Below are positions 48,049 to 62,100 of a stretch of 64,000 nt of DNA, piece after piece. Below the pieces are notes generated by a model. It ran no database searches, was not told the DNA's origin, and saw only the letters and a list, made by a program, of their open reading frames with translations. Where the stretch lies: positions 5,208,001 to 5,272,000 of the forward strand of contig OU015566.1 in assembly GCA_907165135.1 (NCBI GenBank). The letters run 5' to 3'. This DNA comes from Oikopleura dioica (Eukaryota; Animalia; Chordata). The position numbers were made by a program, and so were the translations under genes. Position 1 is the first letter of the stretch, and every line of letters begins with the position of its first letter.

Positions 48049-51000
48049 TTACTTGTTGGAAAAGCTTCTTGGATGAGTGTTGGATTTCTTCCACGGAGTA
48101 GTGGCCGCTTTCTCGATTGTCGGATCAGCTGTGACTTTGTCCATCACCCAGCGGTGGTTCGCGCGGCGTCTCCGCAGCCGCACCAGAGCTGTGTCAGTCT
48201 AAAAGTCCCTTTCAACTCGAAATTTCGCTTGTTTTCTTGAGTTACCGCAGTAGCAGCGCGTTTGTCCTTCAAGTCCGCTTGGAGGCGATTTTTGGCTGCG
48301 ACAAGCATTTCGATATTCTTCCTTGATTCTTCGATTGAGATGCCCAGCGTGGTGCTCGCGCGGATGATTCTACGTGTGTCGGCGATCGTCGTGTTCGGGT
48401 GCCGGTGGTAGGTCGCCACCAGAGGACGGTTCATGTACTCGCGAGTTGTCAGATCTTCAAAATTCATCATTATTTTCGAATATCAATTTCGCACTCAAAA
48501 ACGTAAAATCAACGCTCTTGGCTCGGCAGCCAGAGTCAGGCTTCAGACAGGGTTGAAAATTTCGCGGATTTTTTTGGGTTCAAATCGCTCAAAATCGCTT
48601 CAAAATCGCTCATCGCTCCGCTCGCTCCGGAGAAATTTTTTTGAAATCGCTCATCGCTCCGCTCGCTCCGCGATTTTTTCCCGAAATTTTCAACCCTGGC
48701 TTCAGATTTAGCGATATTTTAACGACGCCGGAAAGCGGCTTCGCCAGAATTCGAAAACTATTTTTTTTAGTTTTCCCAAAAAATACAGCTCTTTCTGAAC
48801 CCTGACTCAGGTTGCCGAGACGGGGTATGTACGGATAGCTTTGCCTGAAGAACTTACTTTCTTGCGACTCGGGCCCGTCAATGTAGCCCTTCGCGGTCTC
48901 GGTGAGCGTCTTGTGTCGCTCCAGCTTGTGGATGGCCTTTCTGTTCTTTCCACGCGCCAAGTCGAGCTTCTGCTCCAAGCTCACCGTCTCGGCCACTTTT
49001 TGCATCAATCCTTCGTTCACGTTTTCATGAGCGTCCTTTTTTGGTTGAAAGCGATTTTCGATTGTTGAGCGCAAGATCAGCGATTTATTTTTAGGCAAAT
49101 ATTTTGATTAAATTAAATTAATATTTGTCAAAGAGGGAACGCGCGCTTTTTTCATGGCGAATCGTTTTTAGGTGTTCAAAAGAAGGATAAAAAACAAGAT
49201 TTATTGATATGGATTGATCAAAAATGGTAAATTTTTCCCTCGCAGTTGGATCCGAGTGGTCGCCGTTTGCCCAAGTCGCCGTCTGCCCAAGATCGCCGTT
49301 TGCCCAACTTGGGCAGACGGAGACTTGGGCAAACGGCGATCTTGGGCAGACGGCGATCAAATTGAAAATATAATCATGATTCTATTTAAAGAAATTAATT
49401 CAAGGTTTCTGAACTTTATGAGCGCAAAGAAGACTTTGATTTCAGTTTATAATTACTAAGATCGGGAATTTTCTCATCTAAGATGAGTCATCTTGAATTC
49501 TGAAATCAAAACCAGCAGGATAGGATAGATAGAGATGGTAAAGTTAAATCGCTGGTTTTACGTCCGAGGCCTACAGATTGAGGAAACGATAGATGTGCCG
49601 AGTCCTCACAAGCGCTAATCCCCAACTTGGTTGAATTGATGGTCACATATTGGCATAATATGATATTGCTGTTTCTTGTGATTCATTATCGGTTCGTTCT
49701 ATTTTTGGAGTTATTTCTGATTGAAACTCAGGGAAACAGTCATTGTGAGAAGTGAGAAAAAAAGGGGAAAACTGATGAAACTCTTCCCAAAACCTCCTCC
49801 CAGCGAAGAGGGGTACTCAGGCTTGATTTACAAACATCAAATGCACAATCTTATGACAACCGAATAATGATCCAGTCTCAGTAAACCGGATTCTTTTTCT
49901 TCTTGATTAACTCTTCCAGGAATAGTTTATTAGGACTTTGATTGAGAATTTAGCGGCTCTCATAATTAGACCACCCATTACGAAGGCTCTTCGTGATCAA
50001 TGTAAACGATGTCATAATTCGGAAAGCTTACTTCTATTATTTTATGATCAATCAATTAAAAATAATTCACATCGCCGTTTGCCTAAGATCTCCGTCTGCC
50101 CAAGTTGGGAAAACGGCGACTTGGGCAGACGGCGACTTGGGCAAACGGCGACTTGGGCAAACGGAGACCACTCATGATGAGCACAAGATCGATAGTCCGT
50201 TTCAGTGTATGTGAGATCATTTGAGTAAATAGCATTTATTAAATACAAAACTTGTTTCAACCCTTTCCTGAGCTCTTACGTGAGCATCTCCGATGGCCAG
50301 TTTGACTTCGCGTCGCAATTCGCTGGATCTGTGTGTGCAATCATGCGATTCCTAAAACCGCGACTTTATTTTCACTCAATTTTCTCCACATTGGCTCCAG
50401 TCAAAAGAATGTTAATTACGCTCGTTTCTGCTGCAATTCAAATACTTTTCTTGTAATTTTGAACATTAGAAGTTCCTTTAAAATGATCAAAATAAACTGC
50501 GCCGAAATACTTCACTTTTGTTTTTTCAAAACGAATTTTTAGATCGACTTTATCAGATTCTACTGCACAATTTTAAGGATTTTCTAGCGCTTTCAATAAA
50601 AAAACCATTCCCCGAATTTTTTTTTCAAAATGCCAAAAATAAGTTATTTACCAAACGTTTTTTGGAGCTTTTTGGATAATCCAGCAGTCTGCGGAAAATT
50701 ATTTTTGTTGCGCTCGAAATCGCCTTTCGCGTTTTGACTCAAGCGAATTCGAAAAAGAGAGAAATAGAATGAGCCACATGGATAATCCAAACACTGTGGG
50801 TAATTTAGAAAATTGAGCATTTACGAATTTACTCGACCCTAACGACGATTTAAAATATGTCAACAGCTTTTATTCAGCCTAGTCTAAAGAGAAATAGGCG
50901 TCTTTTATTCGCTCAGACGAGTAATTCTGGCCTTAGATTGGCTAAAGTGGCAAAAAGAAAGGACTAAGTTAAAAAAGTCAACAGAGTTATTTCGAAGTTG

Positions 51001-53032
51001 TTGGGAATTTAGAGGCCTTTTAGTCATTCAAAGGCCAGTATTTTTTGCGAAAGCCAATCACAGGCGATAAAACTCCAAAACCAGGGACCCACCAGAAGCA
51101 TTTGCTCACAAAAAGGGCAAAAAAATATTAAGAATTATTTTTCAATTCAAAGTTGAGGACGTGCCGTCGTTCTAGAATGGGTTACCTTATCAGCTGTCTG
51201 AGCTTCCGGCGTGTCGATCAGCGGCAGAAGTTCCTCTGCGATTCCGTCAGGAAGAAATTCTTCTGGTCCAATTTGTCTGAAATTAATACGTAAACGATTC
51301 GAGAATTTAAATCGTCGAAATCCGCTCTCCTGCGTCGCCTTATCACATTTAGAGCGCTCTAAAGCCGAGAAGAATTGATAAAAGAAACTGTACCTGATGG
51401 CGTCTGACATGTGCGTCTTGTAAGTGCGTCCGTTGGCGGCGTGGACGGCCAAAAACTCGAGAACTTCGTTTCTTTCCTCGAGCACGGCGCTGACTCGAGA
51501 TCTCAAATCGAGTAAATGTTCGTTCTTTTCCGAGAAAGAGCGAAATTCCAAGTCTTACCTCGAACTGCTGAGCTCGGTAAGCTGGCGCTGGACTTGTCGC
51601 AGTTTTGACTCCAAACCGCGTTTGATATCGTTCAGCTCTCTCTTTTCTTTTCACAAGTTCCAAAGCATAACATTTTCTCTTTCATTTTTTAGGTTCCCCA
51701 ATCCGATCATTCTCCTTTGAAAAAGCCTTTTCTCAAGATTTATTAAGAAAATTGACGAGTTAGACCCTGGTTGTTTCTCAGTTGAATTTCGATAAGAACG
51801 AAGAAAATTAAGATTTTTGAAAGGAAACGCTTCCAAGTCTCGTTTGAAAGAAGGGTACTTTTGGGAGACGCTCGGTTAGATTACCAATTGGTATTCAAAT
51901 ACCAATTTTGGTATTCAAATACCAATTTTTGGTATTCAAATACCAATTTGGTATTCAAATACCAAATTCGCCAAAGAATACCAATTACGCCCACCAAAAA
52001 ATGCGAGTGTGCGCTCCGCGCCTGTTTTATAGGAAGCTGAGATGAGATCATGCTAGACTAGTTAGGAACTAATCCCATGAGCAAAAGATTATCTGCTTCG
52101 TCGTGGTCAGACTCCCTTTTCGGTCGATTTTTTCGCAGATTCACCGTGTCAGTATTCAATTTGATATCCTAAAACTTGATCTTCTGCTTTAGCTTGCGGG
52201 CTTTTACCTTTCTGATGTGTTCGAATGATTTCTCCAATGTATCTTTGCATCGGAGCAGATATTTTATTTCTGCATTGACTGAGCCCAGACTTTCCCGGAG
52301 TCGCTTTACTACCTCGCGGACCTGAAATACAAAGATTAAACACAAAGAAAATTACGTATCAGAAAAAACTAAAGCTATTTGATTTTATTATTGTAAAAAA
52401 AAGATGACGCATGATTCATGCGGCATGAAAAAACCATCAAACAGCCATAAGCAGGCCTAACAAGCCGACCTAAAGAGCTCTTAAAAGCGAGCAATATTGA
52501 AAACACGGTTCATTTAAAATTCCTTTTTACGGTGAAAGTAGAGACCCTTAAACTTAACCACGTCATTTTTCCTAATTTTTGCGAAGATTACTCGAACCGA
52601 TGGAGCATCGATTCTTTACGGGTAATTTATTTCATCCCTTTTCTGGGCAAAGGGAGGCGCGATCGTCTAACACGTTGAAAATCGCGTCTTCTTTTTGGAA
52701 GGCGCAGTGGGCCAGCTGCCGCGTCTTGGATGATTAATAAGGCGACAAAGCCAAAATGGGCTTTGCCGCCGAGGCGGGAACCGGTCGTTTAGAGTGGATC
52801 ACGGAAATCGCGTCAGTCATTGATTGACAAGCCAATTGCGCTACAATGGCACTCTTACCCAACTAGAGATCATCAAATCAACTGGAGGCGCGCGACTCGC
52901 AAACTCCGCACTCCTCGCAAAGTCAACTTGGCTTTTGATCACGTGTTTGCTCGAACTCGCTATTTCAAAAAATATTGTATGTGAGAGACTCTCAACTTGT
53001 GACTTTTCGTCGAAAAATATCAAGTCACCCAT
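48049..53032 (-). CDS. CCDC105: Tektin-like protein CCDC105/TEKTL1 (5' end approximate)
   Basis: TVNLRKNRPKRESDHDEADNLL; QKVAETVSL; GYIDGP..MNRPLVATYHRH; ALVRLRRR match recalled CCDC105 motifs. Confidence 0.75.
48517..48824. mobile_element. MITE family 1 copy in a CCDC105 intron, hosting a nested MITE
   Basis: GGCTCGGCAGCCAG ... CAGGTTGCCGAG ends. Confidence 0.7.
48548..48698. mobile_element. Nested hAT-type MITE (151 bp)
   Basis: TIR CAGGGTTGAAAATTT; 8-bp TSD GCTTCAGA. Confidence 0.88.
49254..50173. mobile_element. Fold-back element with palindromic repeat arrays at both ends
   Basis: TIR GAGTGGTC.CCGTTTGCCCAAG; arrays of CGCCGTTTGCCCAAG and complement at 49254-49360 and 50081-50173; no TSD found. 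Confidence 0.7.
51881..51967. repeat. Tandem array of a palindromic ~20-bp unit
   Basis: TTGGTATTCAAATACCAA x4. Confidence 0.85.
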
Positions 53033-54539
53033 TTACAGTCTAACGATCTTGTATAAAGATATTTTTGCTAAAAGATAAATTGTACATTCTGAAGTTTTTT
53101 ATCCCCCCACTTGAACTCGGATTTTTAAGGAGAGACGCGAGATAAAAGTCGTCTCTTTTACCTCCCCGCGTTCTCTTACCTCTTCCATGATTTGAGAATC
53201 CTAGGTTTTCTCGAAAATGATGGCTTCGAAAATTGAGTTTCAGCTGTATTTCAGAAACGTTTTCTTTACGAATATTGATTGACGACGTTCGATCAAACTG
53301 TCTCCCTATCAGCTGCTCCCGCTCGGAGCGAAGACTTATCTAACGTGCCTTTCTTTAAGTCTGACTCGCCATTGCCTTGAAAAAGCAGTAAAAGAGCTGA
53401 GACCGGGAAGTGGCAGTTGTTTATCTAAAAACTGGGAACACGTGGCGACAAATCGAATTGATCTTAGATGAACCTCGGCCGAGGAAGCACTCTGTTACCG
53501 GCAAAATACGAGACGACAAAAACTCGTGACGCAATTTTTTTCGTATTTTGCATTCTTCTCAAGCCTGCCTTCTGAATTTACTAATGGAAGAAATTCAATG
53601 CGCGATTTTTGAACGCATCTAAAAACATGATTTGATGTGAACAATTTTTTTTAGAAATTGACTGTTTGGCGGGCATTTTATGCGATTCAATGAAAATCTT
53701 GGACGAGAAAATATTTTGATCACGGTGAGCCTGGGCGGCAACCAACCAGTGGCTAGTTTGGCTATGCGTCGCCTGGCCACCGAAGTGTCAGCTATTCTTA
53801 GGTTTCGGCTTGCAAAAAATGCAAAAAAAACAGCCAAAAAAAAACTAGCCCAAAACAAGTCCAAAATTTTGGCCCAAAATAGCCATCAACCAAGTAGCCA
53901 TTTTGTTGCTGGTAAAAGACCAAAGTCGGCCTTAAAACCGTCGGTGAGAAAATAGTAAAATTTCAAGGCTATTTCGAATTTATGGGGGATCAGATGTTTC
54001 ACCTCTCTGATGAAAATTAGTTGCATTTTTAGTTGAGGCAATCAAACATGAGCCTGATTAAAAAGTGAACAGCTTTGAAAAATTGCACTGAAATAGATTT
54101 TCTATCCAGTGATAGATCCAATAAGCCCGTCGTTGCATATTCAACAGGAGCTTTTGGAAAGAAAGTTTGGGCCTCCTGGGCTGGGGCCACTTCGTGATTC
54201 GCTTTGGTTGATGTTGCTGGCGCGTGTTGCTTTCTTGTGATGTAATTTTAATCGAGTTGGGCTGAGCTGAGTTCGGTTTATCCACAAAACACGCGCTACC
54301 TATGCTCGCGCGTATTTTTAGTAAAATAAAATGAAGCTTTTAGAGTATCTCCGATCCGCCCATGCCAAACATTTTTGATGCATCAACCCAGCTCGGGTGC
54401 AACTCAGCCCGCGCCAATTAATGGCGATCGAGAAATCGAATCAGTTAACTTCCAAACGCAAAACAAGCACTCTCGACTTCCGGGAGCATCCTAGGACGCT
54501 TTTAGAAGAAAAATCATTGTCCGTTTTTTGCAAAAATTC

Positions 54540-57000
54540 AGTCGCAATCAAAGTCAATTAACTAATCCTTCTTTTCGCCGTAATTTCCCACGTTTTCTTT
54601 CGCTCCCCGTAATTTTAAAACGCCTTTCAATTTAACTATCAAAATTCTAATCACTCGATCATTGCATCGAAAATCCTGGAACAAAGGACCTCGCCTGTCC
54701 TGGCAAAAATGTGAAAATCCGGTTTGATGCTAAAAATATCCGATGCAAGAATAAAGAGATAATTGCACAGAAAAAAATTGCTTTAGATACTCATTCATAC
54801 AATACAGTAGATTTTGAATAAAAACAAGCCGAATCTGGTAGACTCAGTAGATCCACGCGAGCCGCCCAGAAAATAATCATTGGGCAGATCCAGAGGAAAA
54901 ACCGTGCCAATTCGCACAAATTCGCGCCAATTTTTAAGGACTCGACCATTTTTTTCTAACCACAGAATCGGTAGTACGGGGTTATCATTCGAGCTGCCCC
55001 TAACCCTAACCCTAACCCACCTAAGGCCTAAACCAGGGGACCCCCGTTAAGAGTTCCTAGTCACTAACCCTAACCACTAGCCTAGATTCAAGAGATATTG
55101 GATGGCTCAAATCATAGGCTCGAATGATAACCCCTCTCTTCGCCAGAATCAGGGGCAAATAAATTGCAAAAACGACCGGTTATTTTTAATGTATCTTTTT
55201 CTGGGCTGTATGCGACATTTATTCTAATTAAAAATAAATAAAGTTTAGAAAAAAAAATTCCTTTGGTACTTACCCCGCGCATGTAAGCAAAGATCTTGTC
55301 GTTTGACTCCAGTAAAATCTGCTCCAAGGATCATCAAAAGCTTTCTCCTTTTTTTTAACAAAGTTTGAATTCAGTGCGATTTTTAACACCTCGCCCGTCA
55401 CCCTAGAAAATAACCGCTTGTTGAAACTTTGCGAAATTTCATTTTCCGGTGGTAATGGCCACGGAAGCGGCGGTTTTTTCCTTCCAGAAATAATCTTGTC
55501 AATTAACAATTTCTCCTATGATTTCTCACCGCGGTCAAGTTGTAAGTGACGACACTACGAGTTGCAAAATTTACAAAACGTGTGTTTCAAGTTTAGAAAT
55601 CGCTAGGGAGAGGGATCAGCTCAAAACAAAAACAAAACTTGCGAAATTTCGCGTCCAACTCAACTCAAGTGAACCAGGCCCAAGGTGGGGTCTTTCTTTG
55701 TGCAATCACGAACGACAACTTACATTATTAGTAGGAAAGTGCGTTCATGGTCAAGAATTTCATGCCGCTAAAAAGAATAATTTTTTTTGGGGCACTATTT
55801 TTCACAAAATTGCCATTGTTTATTTTTCAATAACCAACAATTGTCCATAATTTTTCAAAGTAAAGGCAGTATTTCATAAACCCAACAGGCCAAAAGTGTT
55901 GAGTTGCCGACCCTAGCCTTTTCGAACCCAAAAGTATTCTCTAACGCAAATGATATGCGGCGTATCCTTACTAGCGAGGTGAGACTTTTGAGTCTTTTAA
56001 AAAGCCTTCTAAAAAGTTAACTCGTTTATTCTTGTTTTGAACATGAATGTATCTGGCCGAAAAAGTGTGGCTTTGTATATTTTGCGATGGCAAATTCGCG
56101 GAAAGGGTTGGTTGAATCTTTTGGCAACGTTGTCTGAGTTAATCCCGAGAGATGAGTGTGTATGGCACAACATTTTAGATTAGCTGACGTCGGTTTCAAT
56201 CCAAAACTAATCGCTTATTTTGGGAAAGCGCAATTCCACCCGGCCGGGGCTCTATTCAATATTTCTCCCACAAGTTATGTATTTACTAACATTCAATCAA
56301 ACACCACCGAACCTCCCAAAACAGAGATTCTCGTACCAATTCCAATCTCTTCATTCAAAAAAGGGAACGAAGAGAGATTCTTCCTCAATTAGAGCCAAGT
56401 TTCGTTTTTCTCGACCCGCGTTAAGAATTATTCAAGCTAGTTGATGATCCGGTCCTGTTCTCGAAAAGTAGGAAGTGGGTCGTGTCGCCTTGCATTGTCG
56501 ATGACGAGATTGCACTTCTTCGAGGCTCCTTTCGACGAAGAGAGATTCGTCATTGTCGACAGTTTCCATTTGTTGGGACCCACCGGCTTCACCATCGTTT
56601 CAAATCTGAAATTTTTTATAAATCTCTTGCATTTCGCCTATCAATAAAAAAGTAGTCTGTTCAAATTCATTTAGCCTATTTGTCAATGGATGCAATAAAA
56701 GAAATGCATCAACATAAATTAATAATTGAAAATTATGTTTATTTGAGCTTTCGATTATGCTGAGACGTTGACTTTCTTTCAAGGAGATAACTTTTCCAAA
56801 TTAGCTAATTCTCTTGACTTTCTCTAGAACGTGTTTTCCTTTGTTTGCTTTTTTCAAAATTCTGAGCGTCAACTTTTCTCTCTTTTGTTCTCTTTCACAA
56901 GTTTCAAAGTTCTTTGAGTCTCTTTTACTTGCGCAGATTTCCGGCGCCAATGACCTTGCCGATTTTTAAAAGGAAAGCTAAGATTTACCTGTGTTCAGTT
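54540..57000 (-). other. Possible unrecognised multi-exon gene
   Basis: Exon-like open segments (55270-55509, ~56420-56600, ~56790-56960); no family motif recognised. Confidence 0.25.
54985..55110 (+). repeat. Interspersed repeat with CCCTAA microsatellite; related copy at ~24230-24330
   Basis: Shared AAGAGTTCCTA..CTAACCCTAACCAC..AGATTC.AGAGATAT..ATGGCTC. Confidence 0.55.
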
Positions 57001-57621
57001 TCCGCTCCTTCAGAAACCAACTTCTTTTGACGGCGCGATAAACATGCTTACGGACTCAGATTGGGCTATTTGCTGAAGCTCCTATTTGGCCAAGGACTGT
57101 ATTCCCTCTTTAGAATTACTGTAATCCATACACTCGACTAAAACTCAAAATTCAGTTTTTTGAAAATATTTTTTCCAATTTTTTTTGGAAATCGATAAAT
57201 TTACTAATCAAAAATTTAAATCCATTAATAAGTCAACAGTTAGTAGCTTATTAAATAAAACTCAAAAAAATCATCAAAAAAAGACTGAAAAATCAGAAAA
57301 ACAAAAATCGTGCCGTTCCTCTGATGTGTGAAGCGCAACTGAATTAACAAAAACAAAACGGTTTCCATCGAGACAATCCAGAAACTTTTTTTTTCGAGAA
57401 CGTTTTTTTTCAGCGGATCACTCCGCGGGCCATCGAAAACAAGGCCTGAGGCGGAAACAAGCCTCTGAATCTTGCAGTTTTTTTTTAGAAGCAGTTTTTC
57501 TTTATTTTGAGCGAAAATACTTGAAATTCTACGATTGGTGATTTTGAGTTCGATTGTCTATTTGGCCTTCTTCTTGAGTTCTGTTCAAATTTAGCCAGAA
57601 ATGCCGACTTCGAGTTAGAAA

Positions 57622-59027
57622 ATGAGGTTTTTCTCCGCAGAGCTTGTCTTCACATTCATTTCCACTGTCTTCGCTGCAGAAACTCCAGCTGGGCTCGGCA
57701 ACCTGAGACTCAGGTAAAACTCAGGTTTACTCAGTAAAAACCTGAGTCAGGCTCTCAAAAAGCTAAAATGAAAAGACTTCTTTTTTGGAAAAGCCGCTAC
57801 GCGACATTTTATTTAAGCTTTTTGAGAACCTGACTCAGGTTTTTTACTCAGGTTGCCGAGCCCTGAACTCCAGTAAGTGTTTCTTTTACCGACTTTCGCA
57901 AATTTCTAATCGCTGGATTCGAGGCTGAATCAAGGTTAAAAACTTCCTCAACGTGGCTGTGTTTTCAATTTTTGAAATTACACGGCTTTGAGCTTTTTTT
58001 CTTTTATTGACGACAAGGAGCCCTTTCCGCCGCTCGCTGCTAGCAAAAGCGGAAGGGCAATTACGGGAATGATTCAGGGCCTGTCATGCCAAGTATGTAT
58101 TGCTGCCAGGTCGCCGGACGAATGCGCAGAGGGAGGAACCTTCCAATGTCCTCCAGGAAATGTTTAGGGCTAGAAAATATTAAGCTCGCCAAGTAGTGAC
58201 GTGGAGACTTTCAAACTATAGTTCATTCTGCTTTATACTAATGCATAAGTTTTGCCGTAACAGAGCCCCGATCAAGAATTGTGAGTATTTGGCTCATCGG
58301 ATTTTTCTCCGAACTTATCTGAGATAGGCCCTTAATGTCAACGGATTGAAATCCCTATGCCTAAGGGCCTTAGGATGATCCAAGAATAATTCCAATTTGG
58401 AAACTCCAGTCTTTGCAAATTGTATGATGAATGAGTAGCCTCTACGAAATTTTCTAAAAGTCTGGCTGAAGCTAAAATATTTTTTTTTAATTCAAGCTTG
58501 TTTGAATTTTGCAGCCCGAGAAGACATTTGCCGGACAGTATCAGAACTGCGCGAGGGCGGAGTGCCGGAAGTGACCAAAACTTGCTCAAGCAAAAAAGAG
58601 TGCTTCAGCATGAAAACGGCGAAGAAAAACGAATGCAATAGAAATTCGGATTCTTACTTTTGCATCGATTGCTGCGAGGAGCCAGGTTCTTTCATGGGAG
58701 ACTTTGGCGCTTGAAATTATTGATTTTATTCAGCGTGCAATACTGGCGGCATTTATGAGCGACTTCCGATGGCAGTGCCGATTTCCATTGCTGGACCTTC
58801 AGGAAAGAGTTCCGGAAAATCTAGAATTTTTGATATTGCTCAAATCGAGCTAACAAAAGTTAGAAAACAAGCGGGTTCGAAATTATCATCTGAATAAATT
58901 CTTTCCTTGAACTCGATAAAAAGCTGAGCCTGAGCCATCGTCGGCTGGATCAATCAACAAATTGAATCTAGCACTGCTGCTGTATGCATACAACACTATT
59001 GCCAATGTAGTTGCACTTTCGATTTGA
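57622..59027 (+). CDS. Ly6/uPAR (three-finger) protein with signal peptide and GPI-type C-terminus
   Basis: MRFFSAELVFTFISTVFA; LSCQVC...C...C / IC...KTC...EC...EC...CIDCCEEP.CN; hydrophobic tail LALLLYAYNTIANVVALSI*; GA-AG intron 58157-58514. Confidence 0.75.
57689..57865. mobile_element. MITE family 1 copy at the first splice donor of the Ly6 gene
   Basis: CTGGGCTCGGCAACCTG ... CAGGTTGCCGAGCCCTG; perfect TSD AACTCCAG. Confidence 0.92.
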
Positions 59028-59125
59028 ATAGAAACATTAAAGCTGACTCTGTTGCGTTTATTGAAAATCCAAGATGAACAAAAACCGAGTATATTCTGAG
59101 TCAGTCATAATCTATGATTCATAGA

Positions 59126-62100
59126 CTATGAAGATTTTGGCAGGACGGTCCACTGGAGAATCGAGGCGTCCATGCCACCAGTCGAAAGAAGATGCTTGTC
59201 GTCTTGGGTGAACTCGACGGCCGTCACGTGGCTTGAATGACCGCTTTCCGAAGGATTGATCAACTTGACTTCGAAAAAAAAAGAAACGGAATGCCCCTAA
59301 TTTTCCGGTTTTATATTCCTAAAAGAAGACCTCCGATTCAACTTATTGTCAACTTCATGCTGATAGAAAAAAATGCTAATTTAGGGACCTTTTTTGATGA
59401 AAATAAAACACGTTGAATCCGGGTCAAACCAAAAAAATTGATGTATTTTTAACTCCCCTACCCCTTTTTGCCTCACAAACCCTTTCCTGTACTCCCTGGA
59501 AGGAGCCTGAGCTTGTCTCGCCGGGTACTCGAAAAGTCTCACATGGCCAAAGTCATCAGCAGCGGCGAGAACGTTTCCCCGTTCGACCTGAACAAGAGGT
59601 TTTCATGATTTCGCTGCAGAATTGACGGAAATTGCGCAATTGTGAAATCTCTTCCCGCGGCTGATCCCGTAATGGAAACAGAGCCAGCGTCGCGGTGGAA
59701 GAATCCCTTCAGCTAATCCCCTGTTGCAAAATCAATAAAAACGCGCCCTTTGATGAAGACTGAAATTTCCGCCCCTCAAAGCATCTTTTGGGCCTCGAAA
59801 TCCCAAAAAATAAACTAAAACGTGAAAAATGATAATTTGTTTGGCGTCAGCGCGAATTCAGTAGAGACTGAGACTCGTCAAACGTGCCCTGGGATGGGAT
59901 GATCCGCTGTGATGCAAATTTTATTTTGAATTCGCAAATATGCAACAAATCAAGCGAGATCTCGTTTTCTGACGATTTAGATTTATCGCGACAGTAATAA
60001 TGTTTTTAACATTTCGCAAATTACAGTTAAAATGTACTTACAGTGGTATGACTCATACCGTATGAGCGGTTTCCGCACCCCTACGATTTTGAAAAATTAC
60101 ACAGTAAATTTCTGAAAACTCCTTTTATTGTATTTTACCCTAATAGAAAATGGCGTGAGAAACTCATTACAGGAAACAGAAATCAAATATCATATCTGAG
60201 TCAAAAGATATGAATTTTTAAGGCGAAAAATAGGGGTGCGGAAACCGCTCACACCACTGTATACTCAAAACTGGACTCGTCATCCTGCGTAGAATCCCTG
60301 AGTAAGAGTGCGAAAGAGCTTGCTTGTAGCGGCTTTTAATACAAAGCCGCGGCTTTCGATTCAAACTCTTTCGTACCCTTACTCAAGTTTTCTACCTAGA
60401 GTCTAGGTCCTAGACTCAAAAGCCGAGCCGGACTCTAGAATATAAGCTTTAGAATTTGGTCTGTAAATTCCAAAAATAGGCGTTTTCTGACCTGGAGGTG
60501 GAATTGATATCAGTGCCGTCGGCTCCTTCTGGCCAGATTCCGATATTGTTGATTCCGATGGTGCAGTTCGAAGTCGACCAAGGCGTGTGTTTCATCGTCG
60601 ACGGCTGCGTGATCTGTTTGCACGTTTCCACTGTCCACATCAATTGCTTGTTTGGTTATTTTTTCGATTCATGTTGAGATCTACTCGCCGCTTTTCGGCG
60701 GAAGCTAAGCCCAGCTCGGACGCCGTCGAGTTTCTACTCGAAATTGGTACTTTTACGCTTTGAACGTGCGCTTTCAAGATTTATTTTGAAATGGAACTCT
60801 TCCTACAAAGTTGTAAAAAAGGAAAAAACTAAATTTTAGAGATTGATATTTTGAGCTTCGAAATCTAAATTTTGAGGAGAAAAACCAACAAAAAGGAAAT
60901 GAACTATGCTTTCTGGATTGCCAATCCAGGATTGGGTTTTGATTGGTTGAAATTGCGTAACCATTCCTCATAATCGCCCGAGTTGGAGCAGATATGCTTC
61001 GAGTCGTCCGACCAGTCGAGATGGCTGATAAAGCTATCGGCCTGGTTCACAAAATTGTTCGTTCCCTATGTTGTCAAAAGTCCTTATCGGAGAGCTTCTA
61101 ATTTTCCCAGCCCGGTCAGTACAACAAGCCCGATTTCGATCGCGCGTTCATTCCAGCGCCGGCTAAATCCGCCCTTATCTCCTATTTTTCGTCATTTCCA
61201 CACAGAGAAACTAGAATAATTTGTTTAAATTAAAGGCTTCTGTTTCCACTTCTGCTTCCGATATTGATGAAAAAAGGGCTCGGCAAGCATTGTTGAAAAT
61301 CTGACTCAGAACAAGAATGAAAAGCCACTCGACTTAGTTTTTCTACACAGGTTGCCGAGTCCGGATTAAAAGAGACAAAAATTTTAGAATTGCTCAAAAA
61401 TCTAGTCACGAAAAAACGACTAACGAACAGGTGAGTGTCCAGCGCAGCCAGTCATCCACAGCTTGGGAGGACTTTGATTTAAACGAGTTATAAACTGTTT
61501 ATATGAGTAGGATGGGCATGTCGCCAGAATCTGTCAGATTTATGCTGATTTTGTTGATTGAGTTGCATAACTTCTAAATTTTACAGATTGACGAGTTCGA
61601 TGTACCTTTGTACGGAAAAATTGGTTCTAAGAGGAGAGATAAAGACTTTAGAATGGCGGCTCAATTCGCAACAATTAAGAAAATCCGGCCTTATCGCAAA
61701 GGCTCTCGTCAGTTCCGCTCGTGGAATCAACTCCACAAGGAACTTTTTCGTGTCCAACAATCTCCGGCCAGGAGATCATTATTTAATTATTTGATCAAAC
61801 TCAATCAGATCACCCAGGGGCTTCCTCAACCCCTTCTCATAATACTGTCACTGAGGGAGTACTCGCTGACTGCTGAAGAAACTTATTTTAGAACTTTTAT
61901 AAAAATCCAAGATCAATAAAACTTCAGAAATTTCGACCGTAATAATCACCGCCGAGGGAATCTAAGGGAGGGTCTCCGGTTACTAATTTTCGTAAAAGAA
62001 TCTGTGAAAGAGGGGGCAGGTGTTTTCGAACCCAATTATCGCGCATGATTAGGTGAGGTTCACGACTAGATTAAGGGCGTCTCCTGGCTGAGACTCTCAG

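Noticed and set aside
49254-50173. CRISPR-like arrays (also 42885-43010, 51881-51967, 63859-63965)
   Set aside because: No unique spacers; these are fold-back subterminal repeats of eukaryotic transposons, and there are no cas genes.
54997-55018. Telomere or telomerase-related sequence (CCCTAA repeats)
   Set aside because: Only about three units, embedded in an interspersed repeat with a relative at ~24.3 kb.
57560-57900. Minus-strand CUB-like reading (WSFCSEDSGNECEDKLCG...)
   Set aside because: The plus strand gives a coherent signal-peptide exon with a GTAAGT donor linked to the Ly6 exons.
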